Shown here one piece after another: positions 1 through 8,933 of a stretch of 32,000 nucleotides of DNA. Under the pieces are notes generated by a model, which was not told where the DNA came from, did not search any database, and saw only the letters and a list, made by a program, of their open reading frames with translations. The DNA is from Psychrobacter cryohalolentis K5 (GTDB lineage: Bacteria; Pseudomonadota; Gammaproteobacteria; Pseudomonadales; Moraxellaceae). The stretch is from positions 2,010,001 to 2,042,000 of the forward strand of contig NC_007969.1 in the NCBI RefSeq assembly GCF_000013905.1, given 5' to 3'. A program made the position numbers and the translations under genes. The first letter of the stretch is position 1, and each line of letters starts with the position of its first letter.

Positions 1-936
1 GAGCTGGTATGTCGCCATGCCCAAAACGATTTGCATACCACTACCAATATTGTCGCCACGCCATTAGCGAATCAATGTAGTGTCCCACCTATAATAGATG
101 CTAATGGAACTCTCACCAATGCGGCCGATATTGAATGTCGCACTTCAGATATTAGCGTCAGGGATTTTAAAAGCTTAACGGGAAAAATGGACGCCGCTAA
201 TCCAAAAGCCACCAGTATTAGTGCCTACATGAATGCGACTGCCCCATGGCGCACCGATTTATATTCACAAAATGGTGAGGTATTGACATTAAAAGAGCAT
301 ATAGCACTTGCCAGTAGCTTGGGCATGAAGCATACACCTGAGCTCAAAGAACCCGTGGTTACTATGCCATTTAATGGATATAGTTTAGATACTTATCGTC
401 AACAACTGATTGACACTTATAAAGTTGCAGGCGTGCCCGCCAGCGATGTATACCCGCAGTCGTTCAATCTTGCAGATATTGACTATTGGATTAATAACGA
501 ACCGAACTATGCCACCAATGCCGTCTACCTCATCGATGATAGCAACGAGAGCGCGGCGGGTAAAATATTTGATAAAAACGACCCAACGACGTGGAAGCAT
601 TCATTGGCTGAGCTGAAAGCGCGCGGCGTTAATATCATTGCCCCCGCAACTTGGCTATTGGTCACCAGCGATGGTAATGGCAAGCTGCTACCGTCGGCAT
701 ATGCCTTGCAAGCCAAAGCCAATGGCCTCGACATTCTCACGTGGTCGCTTGAACGGTCAGGGCCATTAAAAAGTGGTGGTGGCTGGTATTATGGTGGGCT
801 TAGCGACGCTATTAATAACGATGGCGACATCATGAATGTCATTGATGTGCTGGCGCAAGAAGTTGGAGTGAAAGGCATCTTCTCAGATTGGCCAGCAACG
901 GTCAGTTACTATGCCAACTGTAAAGGTTTAAAATAA
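1..936 (+). CDS. glycerophosphodiester phosphodiesterase (GDPD)-family protein, N-terminus cut by window edge
   Basis: Frame 1 is open from nt 1 (ELVCRHAQNDLHTTTNI...). The Met at 31 in the ORF track is therefore internal and the true start lies left of the window. Segments ELVCRH..DLHTTTN, HTPELKEP and GIFSDWPATV resemble core strands of GDPD/PI-PLC-like TIM-barrel phosphodiesterases. Stop is at 934-936. The family call is by eye only. Confidence 0.6.
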   Translation, partial: ELVCRHAQNDLHTTTNIVATPLANQCSVPPIIDANGTLTNAADIECRTSDISVRDFKSLTGKMDAANPKATSISAYMNATAPWRTDLYSQNGEVLTLKEHIALASSLGMKHTPELKEPVVTMPFNGYSLDTYRQQLIDTYKVAGVPASDVYPQSFNLADIDYWINNEPNYATNAVYLIDDSNESAAGKIFDKNDPTTWKHSLAELKARGVNIIAPATWLLVTSDGNGKLLPSAYALQAKANGLDILTWSLERSGPLKSGGGWYYGGLSDAINNDGDIMNVIDVLAQEVGVKGIFSDWPATVSYYANCKGLK

Positions 937-979
937 TGTAAAGGGTCAACCTTACTCATGTTATAAAGACATAAGGACC

Positions 980-2083
980 TTAAGTAATCGATTGGACTGG
1001 TTGCTTAATATCGGCATTTTGACCACGATGACGCAGATAATGATCCAGTAACACAATCGCTAACATAGCTTCGGCGATAGGTGTTGCACGTACACCAACG
1101 CAAGGATCATGACGACCTTTAGTCAGCATCTCAATCGCCTCCCCCTCTGTATTGATACTCTTGCCAGCCGTAGTAATACTAGAGGTTGGCTTCAGTGCAA
1201 TACTGACACGGATATCTTGTCCTGATGAGATACCACCCAAGATGCCGCCTGCATGATTGGCGGTAAAACCATCGGGTGTCATTTCATCACGAGAGCTATG
1301 CCCAAATTGTCCTGCCACTGCCATGCCATCACCAATCTCAACACCTTTAACAGCATTGATACTCATCATGGCATGGGCAATATCGGCATCTAAACGGTCA
1401 AAGACAGGCTCACCAAGTCCAACTGGTACACCGCTTGCAATAATCTCAAGACGGGCACCACAGCTCGTACCTTCACGGCGTAAACTATCTATCAAGGTCT
1501 CAAAGCGACTGACAGCATCGGCATCCGCACAGAAAAACGGATTACTATTCACAAAATCCCAATCGATTGTGCTCGAGTTTAGGACATCACTGTACTCATG
1601 ACCAATTTGGGTCACATGACCACGGATTTGCACACCTAAGCGCTCTAGCAAGTATTTTTTGGCGATAGCACCTGCCGCTACACGCATGGCAGTCTCACGC
1701 GCCGATGATCGACCACCGCCACGATAGTCACGAAAGCCATACTTCATACTATAAGTATAATCGGCATGACCAGGGCGAAAGGTATCTTTAATTTCACCAT
1801 AGTCTTTAGATTTTTGATTGGTATTACGAATCAGTAGACCGATAGAAGTACCTGTCGTTTTACCTTCAAAAACGCCAGAGATAATCTCGACTTCATCAGA
1901 TTCACGGCGCTGGGTCGAGTACTTAGAAGTACCCGGTTTACGGCGATCCAAATCTATTTGCAAGTCGGCTTCGGATAAGGCTAAACCTGGTGGCACGCCA
2001 TCGACGATTGCCAACAAACCTGCACCATGCGACTCACCGCAGGTGGTGACGGTAAAGACCTGCCCAATACTGTTGCCTGCCAT
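980..2083 (-). CDS. aroC: chorismate synthase
   Basis: 367-aa ORF. It carries the signature N-terminus [20 protein letters not shown] and the motifs [11 protein letters not shown] and KGRHDPCVG. It lies immediately downstream of prmB, the classic aroC/prmB neighbourhood. Confidence 0.97.
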   Translation of the reverse strand: MAGNSIGQVFTVTTCGESHGAGLLAIVDGVPPGLALSEADLQIDLDRRKPGTSKYSTQRRESDEVEIISGVFEGKTTGTSIGLLIRNTNQKSKDYGEIKDTFRPGHADYTYSMKYGFRDYRGGGRSSARETAMRVAAGAIAKKYLLERLGVQIRGHVTQIGHEYSDVLNSSTIDWDFVNSNPFFCADADAVSRFETLIDSLRREGTSCGARLEIIASGVPVGLGEPVFDRLDADIAHAMMSINAVKGVEIGDGMAVAGQFGHSSRDEMTPDGFTANHAGGILGGISSGQDIRVSIALKPTSSITTAGKSINTEGEAIEMLTKGRHDPCVGVRATPIAEAMLAIVLLDHYLRHRGQNADIKQPVQSIT

Positions 2084-2144
2084 ATTTATCCTTAAACAAA
2101 TGAAGTCGATTTTTGACTGTTTGAATTATAGTATCAACCGTGAT

Positions 2145-3320
2145 TTATTGATTGCTATCTAGTAACTGTACATAATTGGCGAATAATGAGCGATAGCTCA
2201 TAAGCTCATCATAGGTAATCGCAAAGATGCCATGACCGCCATGAGCAAACCTTAGCCAATCAAACTGAATCTCAGGATAAGCTTGTTTTAACGCCCACTC
2301 GCTATCGCCCACTTCACAGACTAGTAAACCTTCTGGGCTAAGATAATCTGGCGCTTCAAACAAGATACGATGTACCAAGTCCAAACCATCTTGACCAGCA
2401 GCGAGTGCATGCTCAGGCTCATATAAAAACTCTGGTGGCAAATCTGCCATGATAGCGGCATCAACATAAGGAGGATTGGTTACAATCAGCTCATATTGAT
2501 TTTCGGCAGGGATTTTGGCAAATAAGTCAGACTCAATTACATTGACTTGATGACCAAGGTCATGATGATCGACATTAACCATCGCGACTTCTAGCGCGCC
2601 TTTATCAATATCTACAGCATCAACCAATGCATCGACAAAGCGAGTCGCCAGTGCGATAGCAATACAGCCAGAACCGGTACATAAATCTAAAATACGCTCA
2701 GGCTGTGATAGCTGTTTAATTTCTAACCCATGATCATAAAAAGCCGGCGCTTGATTATTGACACTTACGCCTATTGGTTTTGCCAGCTCGCTCACTTCAA
2801 AATATGGGTGGAACTGCTGACGAATCAATTCAGCAATAGGTGAACGAGGAATCAATACGCGCTCATCGACATAGAACGGCAAATCACAGAAATAAGACAG
2901 ATTAATCAAATAGCTTAATGGCTTACGCTCAGCGATACGCTCTTCTAACAAGCTTAGAACCAATTGCTTCTCTGAGGTGGTCAAACGACAGTCCAGAATC
3001 TGATCATTGGCGGACCAATCCAAAGATAAAGAATGCAATACAATCGCAGATGCTTCGGCAAACTCATCGGTGGTGCCTTGGGCGACAACCACATCATAGT
3101 TACGTAATTGCGTCACTGAAAAACGAATAAAGTCACGAATAGTGACCAGTTGCTCACGTGCCTCTTCAAGCTCCGCACGCAAAGTCGCAAATTCATCGTG
3201 CTCACCGACCAGCCCTGTCTCTAAATCGTATTCCATATCATCATTGATACCTTGTGACTCATCATCATTAAAGTATTGATTTTGAAATTCTTCTGCGCTC
3301 ATTACTTGGTCTTCTGACAT
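2145..3320 (-). CDS. prmB: ribosomal protein uL3 glutamine N5-methyltransferase
   Basis: SAM-binding motif LDLCTGSGCIAIA and the N5-glutamine methyltransferase motif IVTNPPYVD are present. The protein is collinear with E. coli PrmB/YfcB from about aa 55 (LVTIRDFIRFSV vs LQTIQDMLRWSV). It has an acidic N-terminal extension. The start is uncertain; an alternative is Met29 at 3236. Confidence 0.9.
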   Translation of the reverse strand: MSEDQVMSAEEFQNQYFNDDESQGINDDMEYDLETGLVGEHDEFATLRAELEEAREQLVTIRDFIRFSVTQLRNYDVVVAQGTTDEFAEASAIVLHSLSLDWSANDQILDCRLTTSEKQLVLSLLEERIAERKPLSYLINLSYFCDLPFYVDERVLIPRSPIAELIRQQFHPYFEVSELAKPIGVSVNNQAPAFYDHGLEIKQLSQPERILDLCTGSGCIAIALATRFVDALVDAVDIDKGALEVAMVNVDHHDLGHQVNVIESDLFAKIPAENQYELIVTNPPYVDAAIMADLPPEFLYEPEHALAAGQDGLDLVHRILFEAPDYLSPEGLLVCEVGDSEWALKQAYPEIQFDWLRFAHGGHGIFAITYDELMSYRSLFANYVQLLDSNQ

Positions 3321-3656
3321 ATCGCACCTTGCTGATTACATGCTCACTGACTACATGCGGATGGGTTAAATCGCTTTCAATGATTTCACTGAACAGCCAA
3401 TTTATTAAATAAAAATCTCGTTCCACATTATAGACGGAAACAAGATGATGCGCCAATGACTGTGTTTTTTACTTCAACAAAATCTCCAGCAGTATTTACA
3501 ATTAAGTAGCTCATGGCTTTAAAAGAACGGTTAGAAAGGGTGATTTAGCATAGCCATATATCACTACCTTAAAGCTCATAGCGTATTGTGGTAACTGTTA
3601 ATTGAGCGGAAAAGGCAGCCCTAGCCTGACTCAACTCTTGCTTAATTGTAGTGAAT

Positions 3657-3673
3657 ACGTCAACTGTTGACGT
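3657..3673. promoter_or_regulatory. perfect 17-bp palindrome ACGTCAAC-T-GTTGACGT, candidate operator upstream of the L,D-transpeptidase gene
   Basis: Read directly: 8 of 8 arm positions are complementary around the central T at 3665. It lies 100 bp upstream of the ATG at 3773, in the prmB/ldt divergent intergenic region. Confidence 0.3.
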
Positions 3674-3772
3674 TTGGCAAGTCTTAAACGAAAAAATATG
3701 TGTCAAAAGTTTGCGAAGCATTCAAATTATGCGCATAATAGCCTCATTAGCAGCCACCACAAGTATATAAAT

Positions 3773-5122
3773 ATGATGAAAATAAAACCTCTTATCACCG
3801 CTATATCTATCGCTGTTGTTAGTATGAGTGCTATTGCTGCACCTACTGATGGTACACGCACTTTACCTGTACGCACAGCTGACTCGCTTCCTAGTATTGC
3901 GAAAAAAGTCAGTCTGAATGTGCAAGAAAGCCGTAGTAGCTCAGTCGTCGACTCTAGTACGACCGTAAAGCTAGATACGAATAAAGCCAAATCAGCGGAC
4001 CGTATGACCCAGCTGATTGATGCCAAGCAGGACGCTGAAGTGAAAGCATCGGTCGCCGTTACCGCTGACAATATGACCGTAGAGGAATTGACTCGTAAGG
4101 ATGAGCAATCAGACAGTGACGATATTAGCGAAGGTCAAGCGGTATCAGCACCTAGCTCTGCCATGGCTGATAGTGCAACGGATACTTCTATCAAAAGTAT
4201 CGCCGATGTTGATGGTAAAAAACATACCACGCTGAATTTGTCTAATTATGCCAAACAAGTAAACGGTGCCACATGGACACCGAGTATGAAAGTTAACTCA
4301 GCTATGACTATCAAAATGCAGGCGCTGCTCGATTGGAATCATGCGTCTCCGGGTGCTATTGATGGCGGCTGGGGCATGAACAGTAAAAAAGCACTGATCA
4401 ACTTTCAAACCATGCAAGGCTTGCCAGCAAACGGCAAGATGGATCAAAAAACATGGGATGCTTTAAATAAAAATATTCCAGCTAACAAGCCAGTTTTAGT
4501 GACGTATACCATCACTGAAGATGATGTGAATACCAATTTTGCTACTATGCCTGCAGACTCAGAAGCCAAGTCAAAAATGAAAGGCTTGTATTATCAAGAT
4601 ATCAAAGAGATGTTTGGTGAGCGCTTTCATATGGATGTGCGTTATTTAGACAAGTTAAATAAAAACAAACAATATAAAGTGGGTGAAACCATTACTGTGT
4701 TAAATACGCGTGCTCCGCTTAAGCAGCGTATTAACCGTGTCGTCGCCAATAAAGCTGATAAAACCCTTTATGCTTATAATGATGACAAGCTGGTTGCAAC
4801 CTATCCTACAACCGTCGGTAGTGACAGCACGCCATCACCACAGGGCACCTTTAAAATTGTTAATAAAGTAAAGATGCCGTGGTATAAAGCAACTGTTGGC
4901 GAAGGCGCAGATAAAAAAGTACATATGTTACCACCAGGACCGAACAGTCCCGTAGGTGTGGTATGGATGGGCTTATCTAAACCTTCTTACGGTTTACATG
5001 GCTCACCTAAGCCAGAAGGTATCAGTCGCCAAGCATCAGCAGGCTGTGTGCGTTTGACTAACTGGGACGTTTTAGAGGTTTATGCCAATATCGAAAATGG
5101 CGCAACCGTTGAGCTAAAATAG
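3773..5122 (+). CDS. L,D-transpeptidase (YkuD domain) with PG_binding_1 domain and signal peptide
   Basis: Catalytic YkuD motif HGSPKPEGISRQASAGCVRLTNWDV lies near the C-terminus. A peptidoglycan-binding repeat is present (GAIDGGWGMNSKKALINFQTMQGLPANGKMDQKTWDAL). I prefer the start at ATG 3773 (MMKIKPLITAISIAVVSMSAIAAP, a classic Sec signal) over the TTG at 3674 in the ORF track. Confidence 0.9.
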   Translation: MMKIKPLITAISIAVVSMSAIAAPTDGTRTLPVRTADSLPSIAKKVSLNVQESRSSSVVDSSTTVKLDTNKAKSADRMTQLIDAKQDAEVKASVAVTADNMTVEELTRKDEQSDSDDISEGQAVSAPSSAMADSATDTSIKSIADVDGKKHTTLNLSNYAKQVNGATWTPSMKVNSAMTIKMQALLDWNHASPGAIDGGWGMNSKKALINFQTMQGLPANGKMDQKTWDALNKNIPANKPVLVTYTITEDDVNTNFATMPADSEAKSKMKGLYYQDIKEMFGERFHMDVRYLDKLNKNKQYKVGETITVLNTRAPLKQRINRVVANKADKTLYAYNDDKLVATYPTTVGSDSTPSPQGTFKIVNKVKMPWYKATVGEGADKKVHMLPPGPNSPVGVVWMGLSKPSYGLHGSPKPEGISRQASAGCVRLTNWDVLEVYANIENGATVELK

Positions 5123-5142
5123 TTCAATAGATAGTACGCAAT

Positions 5143-5178
5143 AAAAAAGACCTTGATCATCGTATCAAGGTCTTTTTT
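5143..5178. terminator. bidirectional rho-independent terminator (L,D-transpeptidase gene / small membrane protein gene)
   Basis: Stem GACCTTGAT (5149-5157) pairs with ATCAAGGTC (5164-5172) around a 6-nt loop. An A-run lies 5' and a T-run (5173-5178) lies 3'. It sits between convergent genes. Confidence 0.85.
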
Positions 5179-5285
5179 ATTATATTCCAAAAGATTCAGT
5201 ACCAAAATTTTAGATGTAATAAATAAAATGAATAGCATATATAAAATGCTCGATTAAATGATACTACGATCTTTTTTACCGCAAT

Positions 5286-5498
5286 CTATGCTTTGTAACC
5301 CTCTTCATTACCTGTAATGTTGCCAATTTTTTTGGTGAAAAATAATGCTGTGGGAATAGAAACTAAGAAACCGATAGCGACTGCTATTTGAATATGCGGA
5401 ATCTGGTTAAAACCCATGACCAAAGCGCCGATCATAAAGAGACCGATGATGACAGTTGCTGCCATTGAATAGACAACAGAAAAAAGTGGCCAGTTCAT
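5286..5498 (-). CDS. small two-TM membrane protein, unknown function
   Basis: 70-aa ORF with two clear hydrophobic helices (VVYSMAATVIIGLFMIGALVMGF and IAVAIGFLVSIPTALFF). A good SD (AAGGA) lies 7-8 nt upstream of the ATG on the minus strand, and a terminator lies downstream. Confidence 0.7.
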   Translation of the reverse strand: MNWPLFSVVYSMAATVIIGLFMIGALVMGFNQIPHIQIAVAIGFLVSIPTALFFTKKIGNITGNEEGYKA

Positions 5499-5861
5499 AA
5501 TTTATTCCTTACTTTTATTATGGGTATAACTACTTTATACACTATATCCACACTAATAGTAAGTCTTTTATTATTTATGCTTAGCCCAATCATAGTAAGT
5601 AATTACTATTGATAACCTTATTATAAGTATTGATTTATAATAAGTGTTTTTACTAATCCCAAACCGCCTTTTATTTAAAAGTTTTCCACCCTTTGTACTG
5701 GTCTAATTTTATTCAGGAAGACCTATGACTACGTGCTTGTTTATCCTTACTATTGAAATATTCGACTGACAATCTAAATAAAATTGTCTGGTTTATAGCA
5801 AAAAATGAGTAGGGTTTACCATGTATTTACTTAGGAATCTTCAACACCCTTGGCACGTTTG

Positions 5862-5870
5862 TGCTAAAAT
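5862..5870 (+). promoter_or_regulatory. candidate extended -10 promoter element (TGcTAAAAT) for alaS
   Basis: TGCTAAAAT is read at 5862-5870, about 58 nt upstream of the alaS GTG. There is no good -35. A short palindrome GCAC-GTTT-GTGC (5853-5864) overlaps it. Confidence 0.35.
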
Positions 5871-5927
5871 CGCTTGCAAAATTATTTTACTTATTCTACT
5901 AAATACATCCGTCAGTAAGGAGCCGCT

Positions 5928-8600
5928 GTGAGCCAGCCATTTCGCTCAGCCGATATTCGTCAAGCTTTTATCGATTTTTTCATAAGCAAGCAGCATACCC
6001 CCGTCGCCTCATCGAGTTTGATTCCGCATAATGACCCGACATTGCTATTTACCAATGCCGGTATGAATCAGTTTAAAGAGACATTTTTGGGTATGGAGCC
6101 ACGTGATTATACGCGTGCAGTAACCTCGCAAAAGTGCGTAAGAGCGGGCGGCAAGCATAATGATTTGGATAACGTCGGCTATACGGCGCGCCATCATACG
6201 TTTTTTGAAATGCTTGGTAATTTCTCTTTTGGCGATTATTTTAAGCAAGCCGGTATTGGTTATATTTGGGAATTTTTGACCTCAGATGAATGGCTAGCAA
6301 TCGATAAAAATCGCTTGTATGTGACCATTTATGAGACTGACGACGAAGCCTTTGATATTTGGCATAAAGACATCGGTATTCCTAGCGAGCGCATTATCCG
6401 TATTGGCGATAATAAAGGTGCGCCTTACGCCTCAGACAACTTTTGGACGATGGGCGATACCGGTCCTTGTGGTCCTTGTACCGAAGTCTTTTATGACCAT
6501 GGTGCTGATATCGAAGGCGGTCTACCGGGCACACCTGAAGAAGATGGCGACCGTTATATCGAGATTTGGAACTGTGTCTTTATGCAGTTTAATCGTCAAA
6601 AAGACGGCTCTATGTTGCCGCTACCAGCGCCAAGCGTAGATACTGGCATGGGACTTGAGCGTATCAGCGCCATCATGCAAGGCGTCCATGGCAACTACGA
6701 GATAGATTTGTTTGTACATTTGATGGATGCGGCGGCTGAGATTTTAGAGATTGAAAACCAGCAACAATCGTCATTAAAAGTCATCGCTGACCATATTCGC
6801 GCTGTTTCATTTTTGATTGCTGATGGCGTCACCCCAAGCAACGAAGGTCGTGGTTACGTACTGCGCCGTATCATTCGTCGTGCAGTACGTCATGGCAATA
6901 AGCTTGGTGCTGACAGTGAGTTTTTCTATAAAATGGTCGCGCCTTTGGTTGCTGAAATGGGTACGGCGTATCCTGAGCTCAAAGATAAGCAAAGCGTCAT
7001 TGAAAATGCCATTCAAAAAGAAGAAACCCAATTTGCCAAAACCTTAGCACAAGGTTTACGTCTGCTTGCCAGCGAATTGGAAGGTCTAAAAGATGGTGAT
7101 ACCCTTTCTGGCGAAGCGGCATTTAAGCTATATGATACCTATGGCTTCCCTGTTGACTTGACCGCTGATATCACCCGTGAGCGCGGTATTGTGATTGATG
7201 AAGCCGAGTTTGATGAACATATGCAAGCACAGCGTGAACGTGCGCGTGATGCAGGCAAGTTCGACGTTGATTACAGTAGTGTCATTCAAGTAGAAAATCC
7301 AACGACCTTTATCGGTTATGAGCAGCTTGAAGAAGAAGGTGTCACGATTGATGCGCTGTATCAAGATGGCAATCCAGCCGATAGCCTAACTGAAGGTATG
7401 GAAGGCGTTATTGTCCTTGACCGTACACCGTTTTATGCGGAAGGCGGTGGTCAGGTTGGTGAGCTTGGTGAGATTCGTACCGCATCAGGGGTCTTTGAAG
7501 TCCAAGATACTAAAAAATCTGGTCAAGCCATCATTCACTATGGTGTCGTGACCATGGGTGACATTAGTACTAAGCAAACCGCTGATGCGCAAGTATTGTC
7601 GAGTATTCGCGCAGCCAGTGCCAAAAACCACTCTGCCACGCATCTCTTACATGCTGCATTAAGAGAAGTATTGGGCGACGCGGTCACGCAAAAAGGCTCG
7701 CTAGTATCAAGCGAAGTATTGCGTTTTGATTTCTCCTATGACAAGCCCGTCAGCACTGCTGAAATTACGCGTATCGAACGCTTAGTCAATGAGCAAATTC
7801 AAGCCAACACCCCTGCTCGCATCGAGAATATGTCTATTGACGAAGCGATGAAACAAGGTGCAATGGCATTGTTTGGCGAAAAATATGGTAGTGATGTTCG
7901 CGTCTTAACCATGGGTACTGGCAGTATCATCGATGGTCAACGTAAGCCCTTCTCTATTGAACTTTGTGGTGGTTTGCACGTTAAACGTACCGGTGATATT
8001 GGTGTGTTAAAAATCACCAGCGAATCAGGTATCGCTGCTGGCATCCGCCGTATTGAAGCTGTTACTGGCATGAATGCGATTAAAAATATCCAGCAAAGTG
8101 AGCAGCAGCTGAGCGAGCTTGCCAGTCAGCTAAAAGTTAAACGTCCAGAGGTTGCACAGCGCGTGCGTACCATGGCGGATAAGCAGCGCGAACTTGAGAA
8201 ACAACTAGAGCGTTTAGAGCAAAAAATCGCCAGCGCCCAAGCCGCAAACTTGCTTGATGACGTGCAAACCATCGCTGGTACGCCAGTACTTATCAGTACC
8301 TTAAGTGGTATCGATGGTAAATCTATCCGTACGTTGATGGACGATATCAAATCAAAACTACCAGATAGTGTGATTGTATTGATTGGTGATAAAGATGAGC
8401 AGTTAGCACTAGCCGCCAGTGTGGCAAAGTCTGTGACTGCGAAAGTAAAAGCCGGTGACATCATTCGTCATTTGGCAAGTGAGCTTGGTGGTAAAGGTGG
8501 TGGTAAACCTGACTATGCTCAAGGCGGCGCGCCAAAAGCTGCCAATACTAATGCTGTTGTCAATGCGCTACCTGCTTGGATTGCGGACCAGCTTGGCTAA
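5928..8600 (+). CDS. alaS: alanine--tRNA ligase
   Basis: 890-aa ORF with typical AlaRS features: N-terminus (FIDFF..KQHT...[22 protein letters not shown]), the editing-domain HxxxH motif (HSATHLLH) and a C-terminal DHHA1 region. GTG start at 5928 follows the SD AAGGAG (5917-5922) by 5 nt. Confidence 0.98.
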   Translation: MSQPFRSADIRQAFIDFFISKQHTPVASSSLIPHNDPTLLFTNAGMNQFKETFLGMEPRDYTRAVTSQKCVRAGGKHNDLDNVGYTARHHTFFEMLGNFSFGDYFKQAGIGYIWEFLTSDEWLAIDKNRLYVTIYETDDEAFDIWHKDIGIPSERIIRIGDNKGAPYASDNFWTMGDTGPCGPCTEVFYDHGADIEGGLPGTPEEDGDRYIEIWNCVFMQFNRQKDGSMLPLPAPSVDTGMGLERISAIMQGVHGNYEIDLFVHLMDAAAEILEIENQQQSSLKVIADHIRAVSFLIADGVTPSNEGRGYVLRRIIRRAVRHGNKLGADSEFFYKMVAPLVAEMGTAYPELKDKQSVIENAIQKEETQFAKTLAQGLRLLASELEGLKDGDTLSGEAAFKLYDTYGFPVDLTADITRERGIVIDEAEFDEHMQAQRERARDAGKFDVDYSSVIQVENPTTFIGYEQLEEEGVTIDALYQDGNPADSLTEGMEGVIVLDRTPFYAEGGGQVGELGEIRTASGVFEVQDTKKSGQAIIHYGVVTMGDISTKQTADAQVLSSIRAASAKNHSATHLLHAALREVLGDAVTQKGSLVSSEVLRFDFSYDKPVSTAEITRIERLVNEQIQANTPARIENMSIDEAMKQGAMALFGEKYGSDVRVLTMGTGSIIDGQRKPFSIELCGGLHVKRTGDIGVLKITSESGIAAGIRRIEAVTGMNAIKNIQQSEQQLSELASQLKVKRPEVAQRVRTMADKQRELEKQLERLEQKIASAQAANLLDDVQTIAGTPVLISTLSGIDGKSIRTLMDDIKSKLPDSVIVLIGDKDEQLALAASVAKSVTAKVKAGDIIRHLASELGGKGGGKPDYAQGGAPKAANTNAVVNALPAWIADQLG

Positions 8601-8933
8601 TACCTTAAGCTGAGCAATATTGTACTAAATCAGAGATAAGATACGCGATTGGCTATAACGGTTATAACCAATCGCCATGTATCTAATGTCTACTGATACT
8701 TAAAGTTACGGCTCGAATATGATATAAAGGTCAACGCTTAGACTTATTTCAGCGTATGAAGTCTATTGGCATAATAAGACAGTAAACCATCAAAAAGTAA
8801 AACAAAGGGCGCAGTTCTTATAATCTGGCTTTATCGTTATTAAAATCAATCTAGCACTTAATTTAGACAGTGCCATGACGAATTGATGTCTCTCAATAAC
8901 AGATAACCATTGGTGAATAATAGGTAGATTTTT

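Noticed and set aside
1257-2162. Long antisense ORFs nested in conserved genes, including 1257-1601 and 1818-2162 in aroC, 3727-4071, 8126-8464, 9785-10081, 12520-12867, 13229-13552 and 14967-15284
   Set aside because: All lie entirely opposite well-supported conserved CDSs. They lack SD sequences and have low-complexity or odd composition (Ser/Pro/Ala/Thr-rich), typical of shadow ORFs.
3268-3456. 62-aa ORF overlapping the prmB start on the minus strand
   Set aside because: It overlaps the prmB N-terminus in another frame, has no RBS and has no recognisable features.
5725-5769. 14-codon uORF (MTTCLFILTIEIFD) with AGGAAG 4 nt upstream, in the alaS upstream region
   Set aside because: The SD spacing is too short. 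There are no Ala codons to suggest an alanine-sensing leader peptide. It lies about 160 nt from alaS and upstream of the predicted alaS promoter element. It is likely chance in AT-rich DNA.
5851-5865. Sigma54-like element TGGCACG-TTTG-TGCT upstream of alaS
   Set aside because: The GG-to-GC spacing is one nucleotide shorter than the rigid -24/-12 spacing of RpoN promoters (TGGCACG-N4-TTGCW). A housekeeping tRNA synthetase is also an unlikely RpoN target. It is better read as an extended -10 (TGCTAAAAT) plus a short GCAC/GTGC dyad.
8601-8933. Possible lysine riboswitch (L-box) in the 333-bp lysC leader
   Set aside because: None of the conserved GC-rich cores I remember from the E. coli lysC L-box (GAGGCGC..., GGAGGAGC..., multi-helix junction) are present. 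The region is AT-rich with little extended structure apart from the alaS-proximal hairpin.
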